Origin: an uncultured delta proteobacterium
Lineage (GTDB): Bacteria > Desulfobacterota > Desulfomonilia > UBA1062
Assembly (NCBI GenBank): GCA_963798485.1
Contig: CAWCTR010000007.1
Location: 96,001 to 160,000 of the forward strand
Length of the DNA: 64,000 bases
Reading direction: 5' to 3'
In this document: piece by piece, positions 29,710 through 42,513 of the stretch
How positions within the stretch are numbered: the first letter of the stretch is position 1
Layout of the letters: every line of letters starts with the position of its first letter
Translations under genes and position numbers: made by a program
The notes under the pieces: model-generated
The model's input: only the letters and a program-made list of their open reading frames with translations
Database searches by the model: none
Told to the model about the DNA's origin: nothing

Positions 29710-30426
29710 TCATTCATCCGGGTATTTCACTCGGAAATAGCCGATTAACGGGAAATACGTCGTGTTTATGTTCCTAAGGCTGATAATTTGCAGAGGAGCT
29801 ATTTTTTGTAAAGTACCTATTCCCACCGGTGCCATTGTGTCGTTGCCAGGAGATGCCAAGATAAAACCAAAACTCCCTACCTGCCCTTTGAAAAAGGCTA
29901 GATCTCCAGGTAATGGTTTATCAGTCATCTCGAAAGATCTCATCATCGTATCAGAGAGTCTTTCTCCCGGAACAGTCTGTATCCTTACCCCTACTTTCTC
30001 AAGCACGTACTTGAGGAATCTGGGCGAATCAAACCCTAAACCAAGCTGGCTGCTACCCAGTGTAAATGGAATATCCTTCCACGCAAGTAGGGTTGCAGCC
30101 AAGACCGCATCTTTGCGTTTTCCTGCAGGCATCTCAATGATTCTTTGTTTAACTTTCGGCCAGTCCACGCTCGGGTCTATTATACTGATGTTATCCTGGC
30201 CGGTCACTGAGCCCAAGAAATCCAAGAGAGAGCTTTGAGTGCTGGATAAGCTGAGTATTTTTTCACTGAGTTCTCTTACCGTCTTTTGTTTGTTCGCCAA
30301 AGTATTTTCAAGTCTATGTAATTCATACGCCGAATATCCCAATGCAGCAAATACGATCAGGACACCCAGTAATGACAGTGAGGCATTACGGAGTGACGCT
30401 TTCCTTAAGGCTTCAACTGATTTCAC
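29710..30426 (-). CDS. Membrane-anchored protein with a degenerate NlpC/P60-like domain
   Basis: TM helix + coiled coil + IPFTLG...GFDSPRFLKYV...PGDLAFF (canonical PYxWGG..GFDCSG..PGDLVFF). Confidence 0.65.
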   Translation of the reverse strand: MKSVEALRKASLRNASLSLLGVLIVFAALGYSAYELHRLENTLANKQKTVRELSEKILSLSSTQSSLLDFLGSVTGQDNISIIDPSVDWPKVKQRIIEMPAGKRKDAVLAATLLAWKDIPFTLGSSQLGLGFDSPRFLKYVLEKVGVRIQTVPGERLSDTMMRSFEMTDKPLPGDLAFFKGQVGSFGFILASPGNDTMAPVGIGTLQKIAPLQIISLRNINTTYFPLIGYFRVKYPDE

Positions 30427-30725
30427 TATTTCTTATCCTCCTTATCAGTTGAAGGGATCAAACGTTTCAGCGCTTCATTCCACATGTACAGAAGTCTCCC
30501 GGTAGAATAAGTGATGAGGCCTGAAGAACCAAACGACAGGGACAATTCGGCGTAACCGCCTCGGTCCCTGAAGAACAAAAACATGGTACTGCTAATCAAT
30601 ATAATGAGAGACAAGATGCAGATGCCCATATATACCATTCGTTCGAACTTAAACAGTTCGGTCAGCTGCCTGACTACTTCCATCCGCTCTTTAATGTCGT
30701 CTGGCATTCTACCTCTCAGTCTCAA
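30426..30725 (-). CDS. Small two-TM membrane protein
   Basis: Two hydrophobic segments; its TAG overlaps the GTG start of the next gene; start could be ATG 30707. Confidence 0.6.
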   Translation of the reverse strand: MRLRGRMPDDIKERMEVVRQLTELFKFERMVYMGICILSLIILISSTMFLFFRDRGGYAELSLSFGSSGLITYSTGRLLYMWNEALKRLIPSTDKEDKK

Positions 30726-30830
30726 TTACATAATTACTATACTGCACTTTTGTAGTACATCACCATTGTTATCTGAAGCACAATTGCAGTATATCCTGAT
30801 ATTGAGTGCAAGGTATTATTCTGTTTATAT

Positions 30831-30859
30831 ATTATACCAGATATCACTTTCCGCACCAA
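30831..30859 (-). promoter_or_regulatory. Sigma70 promoter pointing into the cassette array
   Basis: TTGGTG-17bp-TATAAT with extended -10 (TGGTATAAT). Confidence 0.6.
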
Positions 30860-30911
30860 TCCCCTCAGTTATTGCAAAAATCTTGGTCAGCTCTCGTTTT
30901 TTACTTTTAAT

Positions 30912-31093
30912 CCCCTCTGAACCCGGTGAGCGAGTGAAGGAAAATTCAGGGGAAAAGCGGCCCATGTCTGAGCGGAGTGAAACGGAGCGAGTTGGCCGCG
31001 GCCTGAATTTTCCGAACGAGCGAACGCACCCGAAGGGCGGGTTCATGGGGTGCCTTTTCTTTGGTACTTTCTTTTGGCACCAAAAGAAAGTAC
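30912..31093 (-). repeat. ~182-bp multi-stem intergenic element, copy 2 (inverted relative to copy 1)
   Basis: Shares GGGGTGCCTTTTCTTTGG(T)TACTTTCTTT..GGCA..CAAA(A)GAAAGTA and CATGT.TGAGCG..AGCGAGTTGG with the reverse complement of 27771-27946. Confidence 0.85.
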
Positions 31094-31149
31094 ATAAATA
31101 AACGCTTGGTTACACTTTACTCCACCCACCATACATCCTCTATGATAGA

Positions 31150-31187
31150 CCCCATCCCCACCCCGGCCCTCCCCTTGAAGGGGAGGG
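31150..31187 (-). repeat. REP-like element related to 3616-3656
   Basis: Reverse complement reads CCCTCCCCTTCAAGGGGAGGGCCGGGGTGGGGATGGGG. Confidence 0.6.
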
Positions 31188-31278
31188 GTGAGATCGCCCC
31201 GCTCAAGTGATTTTTGAAAAAACATGGATTCCTCCCTTCTGCGTGAATGACGCAACCGGGGTCTCTCTTTTTAATCCT

Positions 31279-31310
31279 GGCCCGGCCATTACGGCCGGGC
31301 CTTATTTTTT
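31279..31310. terminator. GC-rich hairpin downstream of gyrA
   Basis: GGCCCGGCC-ATTAC-GGCCGGGCC; the T-run (TTATTTTTT) follows on the + strand. Confidence 0.65.
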
Positions 31311-31336
31311 AGGTATTCTCGTGATGAGACGCCTGT

Positions 31337-33763
31337 TTACTCGGCGTCCTCTTCGCTGATGTATTTGGTGAAGTCCACGATCTTCTCATCTTCCTTCATG
31401 CGTATGGCGCGCACGCCCTGGGCCGAGCGCGTCCTGGTGGTGCGGATCTGGGACACGGGCATGCGGATGATCTGGCCCGAGGTGGAGATGATCATGAGCT
31501 CGTCGGTCTCCTTGATAACCCTCACGCCCACCAGGTCACCGGTCTTCTTGGTGATGTGGACCGTGTTTACGCCCTTGCCGGCCCGGTTCTGGACCGGATA
31601 CTTGCCGACGACCGTCTTCTTGCCGAAGCCGTACTCGGTGAGGTTGATGACCATGTCGTCGTCGCTGGTGATGACATCCATGCCGATGACCGAATCGCCC
31701 TCGTCGAGCCTGATGGCCCGCACCCCTTGGGCCTGGCGGCCCATGACGCGGACCTGGTCGGCCGGGAAGATGATGGCCTTGCCGCCCTTGGATGCAACAA
31801 TGATGCGGGTGCTGCCTATGGTGATGCGGGCCGACATGACCTCGTCGCCCGGCTCCAGCGTGCAGGCGATGATGCCGGTGCGCACGATGTTGCTGAAACT
31901 CTTGAGCTCGACCCGTTTGATGTTGGCCATGGCGGTTACCATCACGACCTCGGCCTCCATGTTGATGTCGGTGGTGACCAGGATGGCGCAGATGCGCTCC
32001 TCTTTCTGGATGGGCCTGATGTTCACGATGGGCACGCCCTTGAGCGCGCGGTCGCGCTCCGGGATCTCGTAGACCTTGGTGTGGTAGACCCGCCCCTTGT
32101 TGGTGAAGTAGAGTATGGAGGTGTGGTTGGTGGCCACGAAGATGTGCTCGATGAAGTCGTCCTCGCCGGTCAACGCCCCTTTGACGCCCACACCGCCCCG
32201 CTTCTGGGTGCGGTACTTGTCGAGTTCGGTGCGCTTCACATAGCCCTTGCGGGTGATGGTGACCACCATCTTCTCATCGGGGATGAGGTCTTCCATGTTG
32301 AATTCGCCGATCTCGCCCTTCAGGATCAGGGTCCGCCTGGGGTCCGAGTAGTCGGCCTTGACCTCTTCCAGCTCTTTCCTGATGACATTGAGCAGCTCTT
32401 TGCGGTCGGAAAGGATGAGCTCGAGCCGCCTGATCTCTTTGGTAAGTGCCGCGTGCTCATCGGCGAGCTTGTCGCGTTCCAGCCCGGTGAGCCTCTGGAG
32501 GCGCATGTCCAAGATGGCCTGGGCCTGAATCTCGGAGAAGCCGAAGCGCTCCATCAGGTTTATCTTTGCCTCGGGCGGGTTGGCAGATGCCTTGATGAGG
32601 GCCACAATCTCGTCGATGTGTTCTAAGGCCTTCAAGAGGCCGTCCAAGATGTGTATGCGGTCCTTTGCCTTGGCCAGTTCGAAGATGCACCTGCGGGTGA
32701 CCACCTCCTCGCGGAAATCAAGGAAGGCCTGAAGCAGCTGCAAAAGACCCATGGTGGCGGGCCGGTTGTTGTGGATGGCGAGCAGGTTCATAGAGAACGA
32801 GGTCTGGAGCGTGGTGAGCTTGTAGAGCTGGTTCTCGATGACGTCCAGCGGGGCACCCTTCTTCAGATCGATAACCACGCGCATGCCGTCCTTGTCAGAC
32901 TCGTCGCGGATGTTGGCGATGCCGTCAATCTTCTTTTCCTGGGCCAAGAGGGCGATGCGCGTGACGAGATCGGCCTTGTTCACGGTAAAGGGGATCTCGG
33001 AGATGATGATCTTCTCCCGGTTCTGCTCTTCCTCCCTTTCCACCTTGCCGCGCACAACGATGATGCCCCTGCCGGTGCGGTAGGCCTTCTCGATCTCGCC
33101 TTCGGAAATGATGATGCCGCCGGTGGGGAAATCAGGGCCGGGGATGATCTTCATGACCTCTTGCAGGGTCAGATCGGGCCTGTCCACCAGGGCGATCAGT
33201 GCGGTCATCAGCTCGGTGGCATTGTGCGGCGGGATGCTGGTGGCCATACCCACCGCTATGCCACTAGACCCGTTCAGCAGCAGCCCCGGTATCCTCGTGG
33301 GCAGGACATCGGGTTCCTGCAGGGATTCGTCGTAGTTGGGGTGGAAATCTACGGTATTCTTTTCAAGGTCGGCGAGCATCTCCTCGGCGATGCGCGACAT
33401 CCTGATCTCGGTATACCTCATGGCAGCGGCCGGATCGCCGTCCACGCTCCCGAAGTTGCCCTGGCCGTCGACCAGGGGATAGCGCAGCGAGAACGGCTGG
33501 GCCATTCGGACGATGGCGTCATAGACCGCCTGGTCGCCATGGGGATGATATTTACCGATGACGTCACCCACGATGCGGGCGGACTTCTTGTAGGCCTTGG
33601 TGTGGGTGTTGCCCAGGTCCTGCATGGCAAACAGTATCCTTCTGTGGACGGGCTTGAGACCGTCACGCACATCAGGGATGGCGCGTCCGATGATGACGCT
33701 CATGGAATAGTCCAGGTACGAGCGCCTCATCTCCTGGTCTATGGCAACAGTGTTCGTACTCAT
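31337..33763 (-). CDS. gyrA: DNA gyrase subunit A
   Basis: [23 protein letters not shown], GyrA-box QKRGGVG. Confidence 0.97.
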   Translation of the reverse strand: MSTNTVAIDQEMRRSYLDYSMSVIIGRAIPDVRDGLKPVHRRILFAMQDLGNTHTKAYKKSARIVGDVIGKYHPHGDQAVYDAIVRMAQPFSLRYPLVDGQGNFGSVDGDPAAAMRYTEIRMSRIAEEMLADLEKNTVDFHPNYDESLQEPDVLPTRIPGLLLNGSSGIAVGMATSIPPHNATELMTALIALVDRPDLTLQEVMKIIPGPDFPTGGIIISEGEIEKAYRTGRGIIVVRGKVEREEEQNREKIIISEIPFTVNKADLVTRIALLAQEKKIDGIANIRDESDKDGMRVVIDLKKGAPLDVIENQLYKLTTLQTSFSMNLLAIHNNRPATMGLLQLLQAFLDFREEVVTRRCIFELAKAKDRIHILDGLLKALEHIDEIVALIKASANPPEAKINLMERFGFSEIQAQAILDMRLQRLTGLERDKLADEHAALTKEIRRLELILSDRKELLNVIRKELEEVKADYSDPRRTLILKGEIGEFNMEDLIPDEKMVVTITRKGYVKRTELDKYRTQKRGGVGVKGALTGEDDFIEHIFVATNHTSILYFTNKGRVYHTKVYEIPERDRALKGVPIVNIRPIQKEERICAILVTTDINMEAEVVMVTAMANIKRVELKSFSNIVRTGIIACTLEPGDEVMSARITIGSTRIIVASKGGKAIIFPADQVRVMGRQAQGVRAIRLDEGDSVIGMDVITSDDDMVINLTEYGFGKKTVVGKYPVQNRAGKGVNTVHITKKTGDLVGVRVIKETDELMIISTSGQIIRMPVSQIRTTRTRSAQGVRAIRMKEDEKIVDFTKYISEEDAE

Positions 33764-33790
33764 GCAAACTCCTCTTTCTTAGATGGAACC

Positions 33791-37311
<3,521 letters not shown>

Positions 37312-37486
37312 ATCTTTATTCTCCTCATGAGTAAGAATTATATATATTAATGATCATGTCAATATGTTGAGATGTCATCTAACCTACTAAATTCTATTAC
37401 TATATGTTTTCCAATCATACGTTCATAACTCTATGCCTCATGAGGACCAAACACAAACGATGTTCATATGTTCATAAAGAGTACCT
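37312..37486. other. Candidate replication origin (oriC)
   Basis: AT-rich tract 37334-37351 and repeated DnaA-box-like 9-mers (TTATGAACA type on the minus strand) upstream of dnaN. Confidence 0.45.
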
Positions 37487-38335
37487 TCATAGAGGAGAAA
37501 CAGACCGGGTAAGTTCATTCACAACCCTGTTCAGTTCATCGCGTGAAGAGACCTCGATAATGATCTTTCCCTTTTTCTTTGACCAGGAGCATATTACGTG
37601 AGCAGAAAAGTGAGTTGAGAGCATGGAAGAGAGAGAATCAAGAGTAGGGTCCGGTTTCTTTGCCACTTCTTTTTCATCGCGGTTCTTGGTTGCATAGCGT
37701 TCAGCTTCACGTACACTTATACCCTTGGTAATGATCTTATTAAATAAAGAGAGCCTGGCTTCTTCAGTATCAAGCATGAGGATGGCGCGTGCATGACCAG
37801 GGGTAATAGCCCCTTCACGCAGCGCAGACCTCATCTCTTCAGGAAGACCGAGGAGACGCAGCGCGTTGGTGACCGTGGAGCGATCCTTCATCACAGATTC
37901 GGCGATCTCCTGGTGGGTAAGGCCGAATTGCTCCTTCAGAGTGTAATACGCCTCGGTCTCTTCCATGGGGTTTAAATCTTCCCGCTGGAGGTTCTCAATT
38001 AAGGAAAGCCTAAAGGAATCATCGTCAGAGACGTCTTTCACAATAACCGGGACACGCTCGACACCGGCCATTTTACAGGCATGGAACCTTCTCTCGCCTG
38101 CAATGATCTCATACTTGGTGTTAAACTTCCGTACGAGGATTGGTGATATAAGACCATGGACCTTGATGGATTCTGAAAGCTCGGCAAGCTTATCCCTATC
38201 GATGGACTTCCTCGGCTGTATTGGATTGGGGCGGATCTCGTCCAGCGAAAGCTCAACAACCTGAGTAGTTACATCGTATGCTTCAACAGGGATGAGGGCA
38301 TCAATCCCTTTACCGAGACGAGGCTTTGCCTTCAT
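37487..38335 (-). CDS. parB: Chromosome partitioning protein ParB
   Basis: LGKGIDALI, PNPIQPR, IAGERR, IENLQREDLNP. Confidence 0.95.
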   Translation of the reverse strand: MKAKPRLGKGIDALIPVEAYDVTTQVVELSLDEIRPNPIQPRKSIDRDKLAELSESIKVHGLISPILVRKFNTKYEIIAGERRFHACKMAGVERVPVIVKDVSDDDSFRLSLIENLQREDLNPMEETEAYYTLKEQFGLTHQEIAESVMKDRSTVTNALRLLGLPEEMRSALREGAITPGHARAILMLDTEEARLSLFNKIITKGISVREAERYATKNRDEKEVAKKPDPTLDSLSSMLSTHFSAHVICSWSKKKGKIIIEVSSRDELNRVVNELTRSVSPL

Positions 38336-39104
38336 CAGCAACCTCCCTGCTCAAGATCTCTTTAGCAAGCATCAAATAGTGCTGGGCGCCCTTGGAAGAA
38401 ATATCATAGAGGCAGATAGGCAGCCCATAGCTCGGCGCCTCGCATAATCTCGTATTTCTTGGTATGACCGTATTGAAAACCTGGGTGTTGAAATGAGAAC
38501 GCATATTATTTGCCACCTCATGGCTGAGACGGGTGCGGGAATCAAACATGGTAAGGAGAAACCCTTCTATGGATAAGGACGGATTGAGTCTTTTTTTCAC
38601 AAGGGCAAACGTATTCAGAAGACTCCTGATCCCTTCAAGGGCATAGTATTCGCATTGTACCGGGATAAGGAGAGAATCCGATGCGGTCAGTGCATTCAAG
38701 GTGAGCAGGCCCAGAGAAGGGGGGCAGTCGATAAGGATGAAATCGAAAGCAGAACCCATTTTGATCAGAAGATTGGAGACTATCCTCTCTCGCATGGGGA
38801 TATCCATGAGTTCAACATCAGCGCCTACCAGGTCGGTATTGCTCGGCGCGAGACACAGATTGCCGACCTTGGTGGAAACAATAATACTGTCCAAAGACAG
38901 CTGATCAAGCATGACATGATAGATATGGGCCTCCAGTTTGGCAAGATCGACACCCAGACCCGTGGTGGCGTTCGCCTGGGGATCAAGGTCGATGATGAGG
39001 GTGCGTTTACCCAGCAAGGCAAGGGAAGAACCTAGGTTTATGGCCGTTGTTGTCTTGCCCACACCACCCTTTTGATTTGAGATGCTTATTATCTTATGAG
39101 GCAC
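38310..39104 (-). CDS. parA: Chromosome partitioning ATPase ParA/Soj
   Basis: NQKGGVGKTT, DLDPQANAT, DCPPSLG, QCEYYALEG. Confidence 0.95.
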   Translation of the reverse strand: MPHKIISISNQKGGVGKTTTAINLGSSLALLGKRTLIIDLDPQANATTGLGVDLAKLEAHIYHVMLDQLSLDSIIVSTKVGNLCLAPSNTDLVGADVELMDIPMRERIVSNLLIKMGSAFDFILIDCPPSLGLLTLNALTASDSLLIPVQCEYYALEGIRSLLNTFALVKKRLNPSLSIEGFLLTMFDSRTRLSHEVANNMRSHFNTQVFNTVIPRNTRLCEAPSYGLPICLYDISSKGAQHYLMLAKEILSREVADEGKASSR

Positions 39105-39146
39105 AATGGTGGACTACCATAAAAGTTATGAAAGATGAATTGAAAA

Positions 39147-39162
39147 AGTTTCACGTGAAACA
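39147..39162. promoter_or_regulatory. parS centromere site
   Basis: AGTTTCACGTGAAACA, 15/16 match to TGTTTCACGTGAAACA, about 40 bp upstream of parA. Confidence 0.9.
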
Positions 39163-39238
39163 CACCACGGTCTTGGTTGACCGATGAATGGAAAAGCCAA
39201 CTGTTATAAGGAGAAACTTGTGGTGCATAAGATGCCCT

Positions 39239-39751
39239 TCACAGAGGAAAGAAACGGATGACAACAATGATCATGAGCAAAATAACCGTTATCCAGGCCA
39301 TGGTTATGTCGCTCTTGCGGGTTACCACATGCCCTCTGAGTTCCAGCAGACCCTTACCCACTGCATCTTCTTTCACCACGGATTTGAGAGAATCTATGAT
39401 GCCGACGAAATCATCGAAATTATTAGGTATAAAGGTGTTTTTCTTTGATGATATGGTGATGAACTGTCTTGTGCCCAGGATTACCCCGTCTACAAGCTTT
39501 ACTTCGTCAACAGGTATCCTGGTTGATCCAAACAGGCCCCTTATGATGATCTCGTTGTCTCTCACGACGAGTTTCTTTATAAGGTTATTCAAGGTAAAGA
39601 GATAGAAAAGGACCATGAGCATGCAGGCCATGACAAGTATCCTGGTTGCATATCCCATGCGGATGACATCAACGAAAACGGGAATGGACAAGATGACGGC
39701 AAGCACCATAGGTGCCTTGAGCGCTTTTTTTATCTTGTAAACCTGCTCCAT
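39239..39751 (-). CDS. Hypothetical membrane protein (bacterial PH-like domain)
   Basis: Two N-terminal TM helices, a beta-rich middle and a C-terminal TM helix. Confidence 0.6.
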   Translation of the reverse strand: MEQVYKIKKALKAPMVLAVILSIPVFVDVIRMGYATRILVMACMLMVLFYLFTLNNLIKKLVVRDNEIIIRGLFGSTRIPVDEVKLVDGVILGTRQFITISSKKNTFIPNNFDDFVGIIDSLKSVVKEDAVGKGLLELRGHVVTRKSDITMAWITVILLMIIVVIRFFPL

Positions 39752-39794
39752 GTCTTTTATGTTGCATAAAACTATTCATTTTACAAGTGGAGCC

Positions 39795-40547
39795 ATGCTG
39801 GATTTTGCCATCCGTCTTGCAACAAATGCAGGGAAATTCCTGAACGATCATCTCTACGATGATATAACTATTGAGCACAAAGGGCGCATCGACCTTGTGA
39901 CCAACATGGATTGCCGGATACAGGAAAGGATTGTGGAGGAGATCGAGAGGGCATGGCCCGGCCACAGCATCTTAGCCGAAGAGGATTGCGCGAAAAAGGG
40001 CGATACAGAGTATACGTGGATCATCGACCCTATCGACGGGACAACCAATTTCATCCACCACATCCCCTTTTTTTGCGTCTCCATTGCGGTGGCGAAATCG
40101 GGTCGGCCGTTCATCGGTGTATGCTACAACCCCATCTCCGGAGATCTTTTCCATGCCCAGGCGGGCCAGGGGGCGCATCAAAACGGCAGAAGGATCTTTG
40201 TCTCCGCTACCGAGAAGCTTTTAGATTCCCTCGTCGCGACCGGCTTTCCATATACGCAACAAAACCTTGATGCCATCATTGCAAGGTTGTCATGCGTCTT
40301 AAGCCGTGCCCAGGGGATCAGGAGGCTAGGATCAGCCGAACTGGACCTGTGCTATGTCGCAGCAGGCGCCTTCGATGCCTTCTGGGAGGAAGGATTGAAG
40401 CCGTGGGACATGGCGGCCGGTGTTGCCATCCTTAAGGAGGCAGGCGGGATGGTAACCTCCCTTGACGGCAGCCCCTTTGACCTGTACAGGGGTGATGTCC
40501 TGGCAAGTAACGCGAAAGTACATCATGAACTCTTAAGGTGCATGTAG
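39795..40547 (+). CDS. suhB: Inositol monophosphatase family protein
   Basis: AEE, WIIDPIDGTTNF, RRLGSA, PWDMAAG. Confidence 0.9.
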   Translation: MLDFAIRLATNAGKFLNDHLYDDITIEHKGRIDLVTNMDCRIQERIVEEIERAWPGHSILAEEDCAKKGDTEYTWIIDPIDGTTNFIHHIPFFCVSIAVAKSGRPFIGVCYNPISGDLFHAQAGQGAHQNGRRIFVSATEKLLDSLVATGFPYTQQNLDAIIARLSCVLSRAQGIRRLGSAELDLCYVAAGAFDAFWEEGLKPWDMAAGVAILKEAGGMVTSLDGSPFDLYRGDVLASNAKVHHELLRCM

Positions 40548-40548
40548 C

Positions 40549-41337
40549 ATGAATATCGTCGATTCGCACAACCATATCCATTTCAGGGCCTTTGGCCATG
40601 ATAGGGAAGAAGCCCTGGACAGGGCCTTTGATGGGGGCGTCACCTCGATGCTCGTCGTAGGAATAGACCCTAACGATTGTGAAAAGGCCCTTAGTGTTGC
40701 CCGGGCGCATAAAGGGGTCTTTGCCTCCATAGGCATACACCCCCAGAACGCTGATAAATATAGCGTAAAAGAGGTACAAAACCTTGCTGGGCTATGCAGC
40801 GATCCTTGCGTGGTGGCGATAGGAGAAACCGGCTTTGATCTGTTCCGGACGCCGGAAAGCGAGCCCAGACAGAAGGATCTCTTTGCGGCCCACATCGAAC
40901 TGGCAAGACAGCTTCGTCTTCCGCTCGTGATCCATGACCGACAGGCCCATGATCAGACCCTCCAGGTTATGAACGAGGCAAAGGCATGGCCCATAGGCGG
41001 CGTGTTTCATTGCTTCTCAGGGGATGCTCAGTTTGCCCGGATAATAACCGCCAACGGTTTTCTCATCTCCATTCCCGGGGTGGTCAGCTTCAAGAACGCC
41101 CACATATTAAAGGATGTAGTGGACAGGACACCGCTGGAGTTCTTGCTGGTGGAAACAGATGCACCTTATCTGACGCCGGAGCCGTTTCGAGGTAAGCGGA
41201 ACGAACCGCTCTACGTCGTCAAGGTTGTCGACGAGATTGCACGGATCAAAAAGACAAGCGCCGAAGAAATAGCCCGGGTCACCTCGGAAAACTTCACACG
41301 GCTTTTTCTCGGACGATTGCCCAATAACTCAAAGTAA
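40549..41337 (+). CDS. TatD family hydrolase
   Basis: DSHNH, GIHP, IGETGFD, HCFSG, ETDAPYL. Confidence 0.93.
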   Translation: MNIVDSHNHIHFRAFGHDREEALDRAFDGGVTSMLVVGIDPNDCEKALSVARAHKGVFASIGIHPQNADKYSVKEVQNLAGLCSDPCVVAIGETGFDLFRTPESEPRQKDLFAAHIELARQLRLPLVIHDRQAHDQTLQVMNEAKAWPIGGVFHCFSGDAQFARIITANGFLISIPGVVSFKNAHILKDVVDRTPLEFLLVETDAPYLTPEPFRGKRNEPLYVVKVVDEIARIKKTSAEEIARVTSENFTRLFLGRLPNNSK

Positions 41338-41369
41338 GGCTTTGAGTGTTAAGGGAAGGGAGGATACCG

Positions 41370-41768
41370 ATGATAAAGAGGCTTGAAGTTCAGACTAGTT
41401 CGCGTACCCAGCTCATTGACATCACCTCCCAGGTCAAGGTGTTTCTGAGAAGCGTTGCAATTTCTTCGGGCGTCATTGTTGTCTATGTGCCTCACACTAC
41501 CTGCGGCATCACTATCAATGAAAATGCCGACCCTTCGGTTAAGGAAGACATTACCGCGTTTCTCAGCAGGATTATTCCCTTAGACGGGTCGTACAGCCAT
41601 GCCGAGGGCAACTCGGACGCACACATCAAGGCAAGCATTACAGGATCGAGTGTTATGGTGATTGTTGAGAGCGGAGCTTTGATCCTGGGGACTTGGCAAG
41701 GGATATTTCTCGCCGAGTATGACGGACCAAGAAAGCGGTCAATTCTGATTAAGGCCATTCCCGGATGA
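41370..41768 (+). CDS. YjbQ (UPF0047) family protein
   Basis: PHTT.GITINENADP, HAEGNSDAH, LGTWQGI..E.DGPR. Confidence 0.92.
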   Translation: MIKRLEVQTSSRTQLIDITSQVKVFLRSVAISSGVIVVYVPHTTCGITINENADPSVKEDITAFLSRIIPLDGSYSHAEGNSDAHIKASITGSSVMVIVESGALILGTWQGIFLAEYDGPRKRSILIKAIPG

Positions 41769-41918
41769 ACTAAAGACTCCTGATTCCTCGTTCGCGCCTA
41801 AAGCGTGATTCTGTGCTGGTATTTCTTTTAGAGCCGGGGCTGTCCGGGGCCTATACGTGCGCCTATCCAAAGACTTCCTTGACAAGCAATATGCTCGTAT
41901 TCTATTAGAGAGGGCAAT

Positions 41919-41991
41919 GCGGGCATAGCTCAGTTGGTAGAGTGTCAGCTTCCCAAGCTGAATGTCGCGGGTTCGAATCCCGTTGCCCGCT
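41919..41991 (+). tRNA. tRNA-Gly(CCC)
   Basis: GCGGGCA/TGCCCGC acceptor stem, anticodon loop TTCCCAA, GGTTCGAATCC T-arm; CCA not encoded. Confidence 0.95.
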
Positions 41992-42038
41992 CTGAAGCGA
42001 TTTTTTTAAAGTGCTTGAAGAGAACTGCGGAGGCGAGG

Positions 42039-42062
42039 AAGTGGGCAAGTGCCCACTTTTTT
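42039..42062 (+). promoter_or_regulatory. rimP leader hairpin/terminator
   Basis: AAGTGGGC-AAGT-GCCCACTTTTTT immediately upstream of rimP. Confidence 0.75.
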
Positions 42063-42069
42063 ATTTCGT

Positions 42070-42504
42070 ATGCGTATGATGGACAGAGGACTGAGGGATA
42101 AGATTTTTACCATGGCAAATACGGAGCTCTCGATGATGGGCTTTGAACTCATCGATTTAGAATTTGTAGGGAAGAGCTTGCGTCTCACCATCGACAAGCC
42201 GGGCGGAGTGACGCTCGGCGACTGTGTCTCTGTCACCAGGAGGGTGAGCCTGCTCCTCGATGCCGAAGATCCCATCGAGAGCAACTACCGGCTGGAGGTA
42301 TCCTCACCCGGGCTGAACAGGAAGCTGAAGACTGCACGGGAATTCGAGCATTTTTCCGGGCGAAGGGCGAAAGTGCAGACCGGCGAAGGGATATTTCGGG
42401 GCACCATAACGGCCCTTAAGGGGGAAAATGTGATATTTGAAGTGGAAGGATCGGAGGTTTCCGTGGGGCTAAGCGATATAATCAAGGCCAATCTTGATTT
42501 CTAG
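42070..42504 (+). CDS. rimP: Ribosome maturation factor RimP
   Basis: IDKPGGVTLGDC, YRLEVSSPGLNR; exact start ATG uncertain. Confidence 0.93.
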   Translation: MRMMDRGLRDKIFTMANTELSMMGFELIDLEFVGKSLRLTIDKPGGVTLGDCVSVTRRVSLLLDAEDPIESNYRLEVSSPGLNRKLKTAREFEHFSGRRAKVQTGEGIFRGTITALKGENVIFEVEGSEVSVGLSDIIKANLDF

Positions 42505-42513
42505 GGAGATGGT

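Noticed and set aside
41919-41991. tRNA-Gly (and tRNA-Ile2) as integration sites of an island
   Set aside because: No adjacent integrase and no duplicated tRNA 3' end seen; both are followed by core genes.
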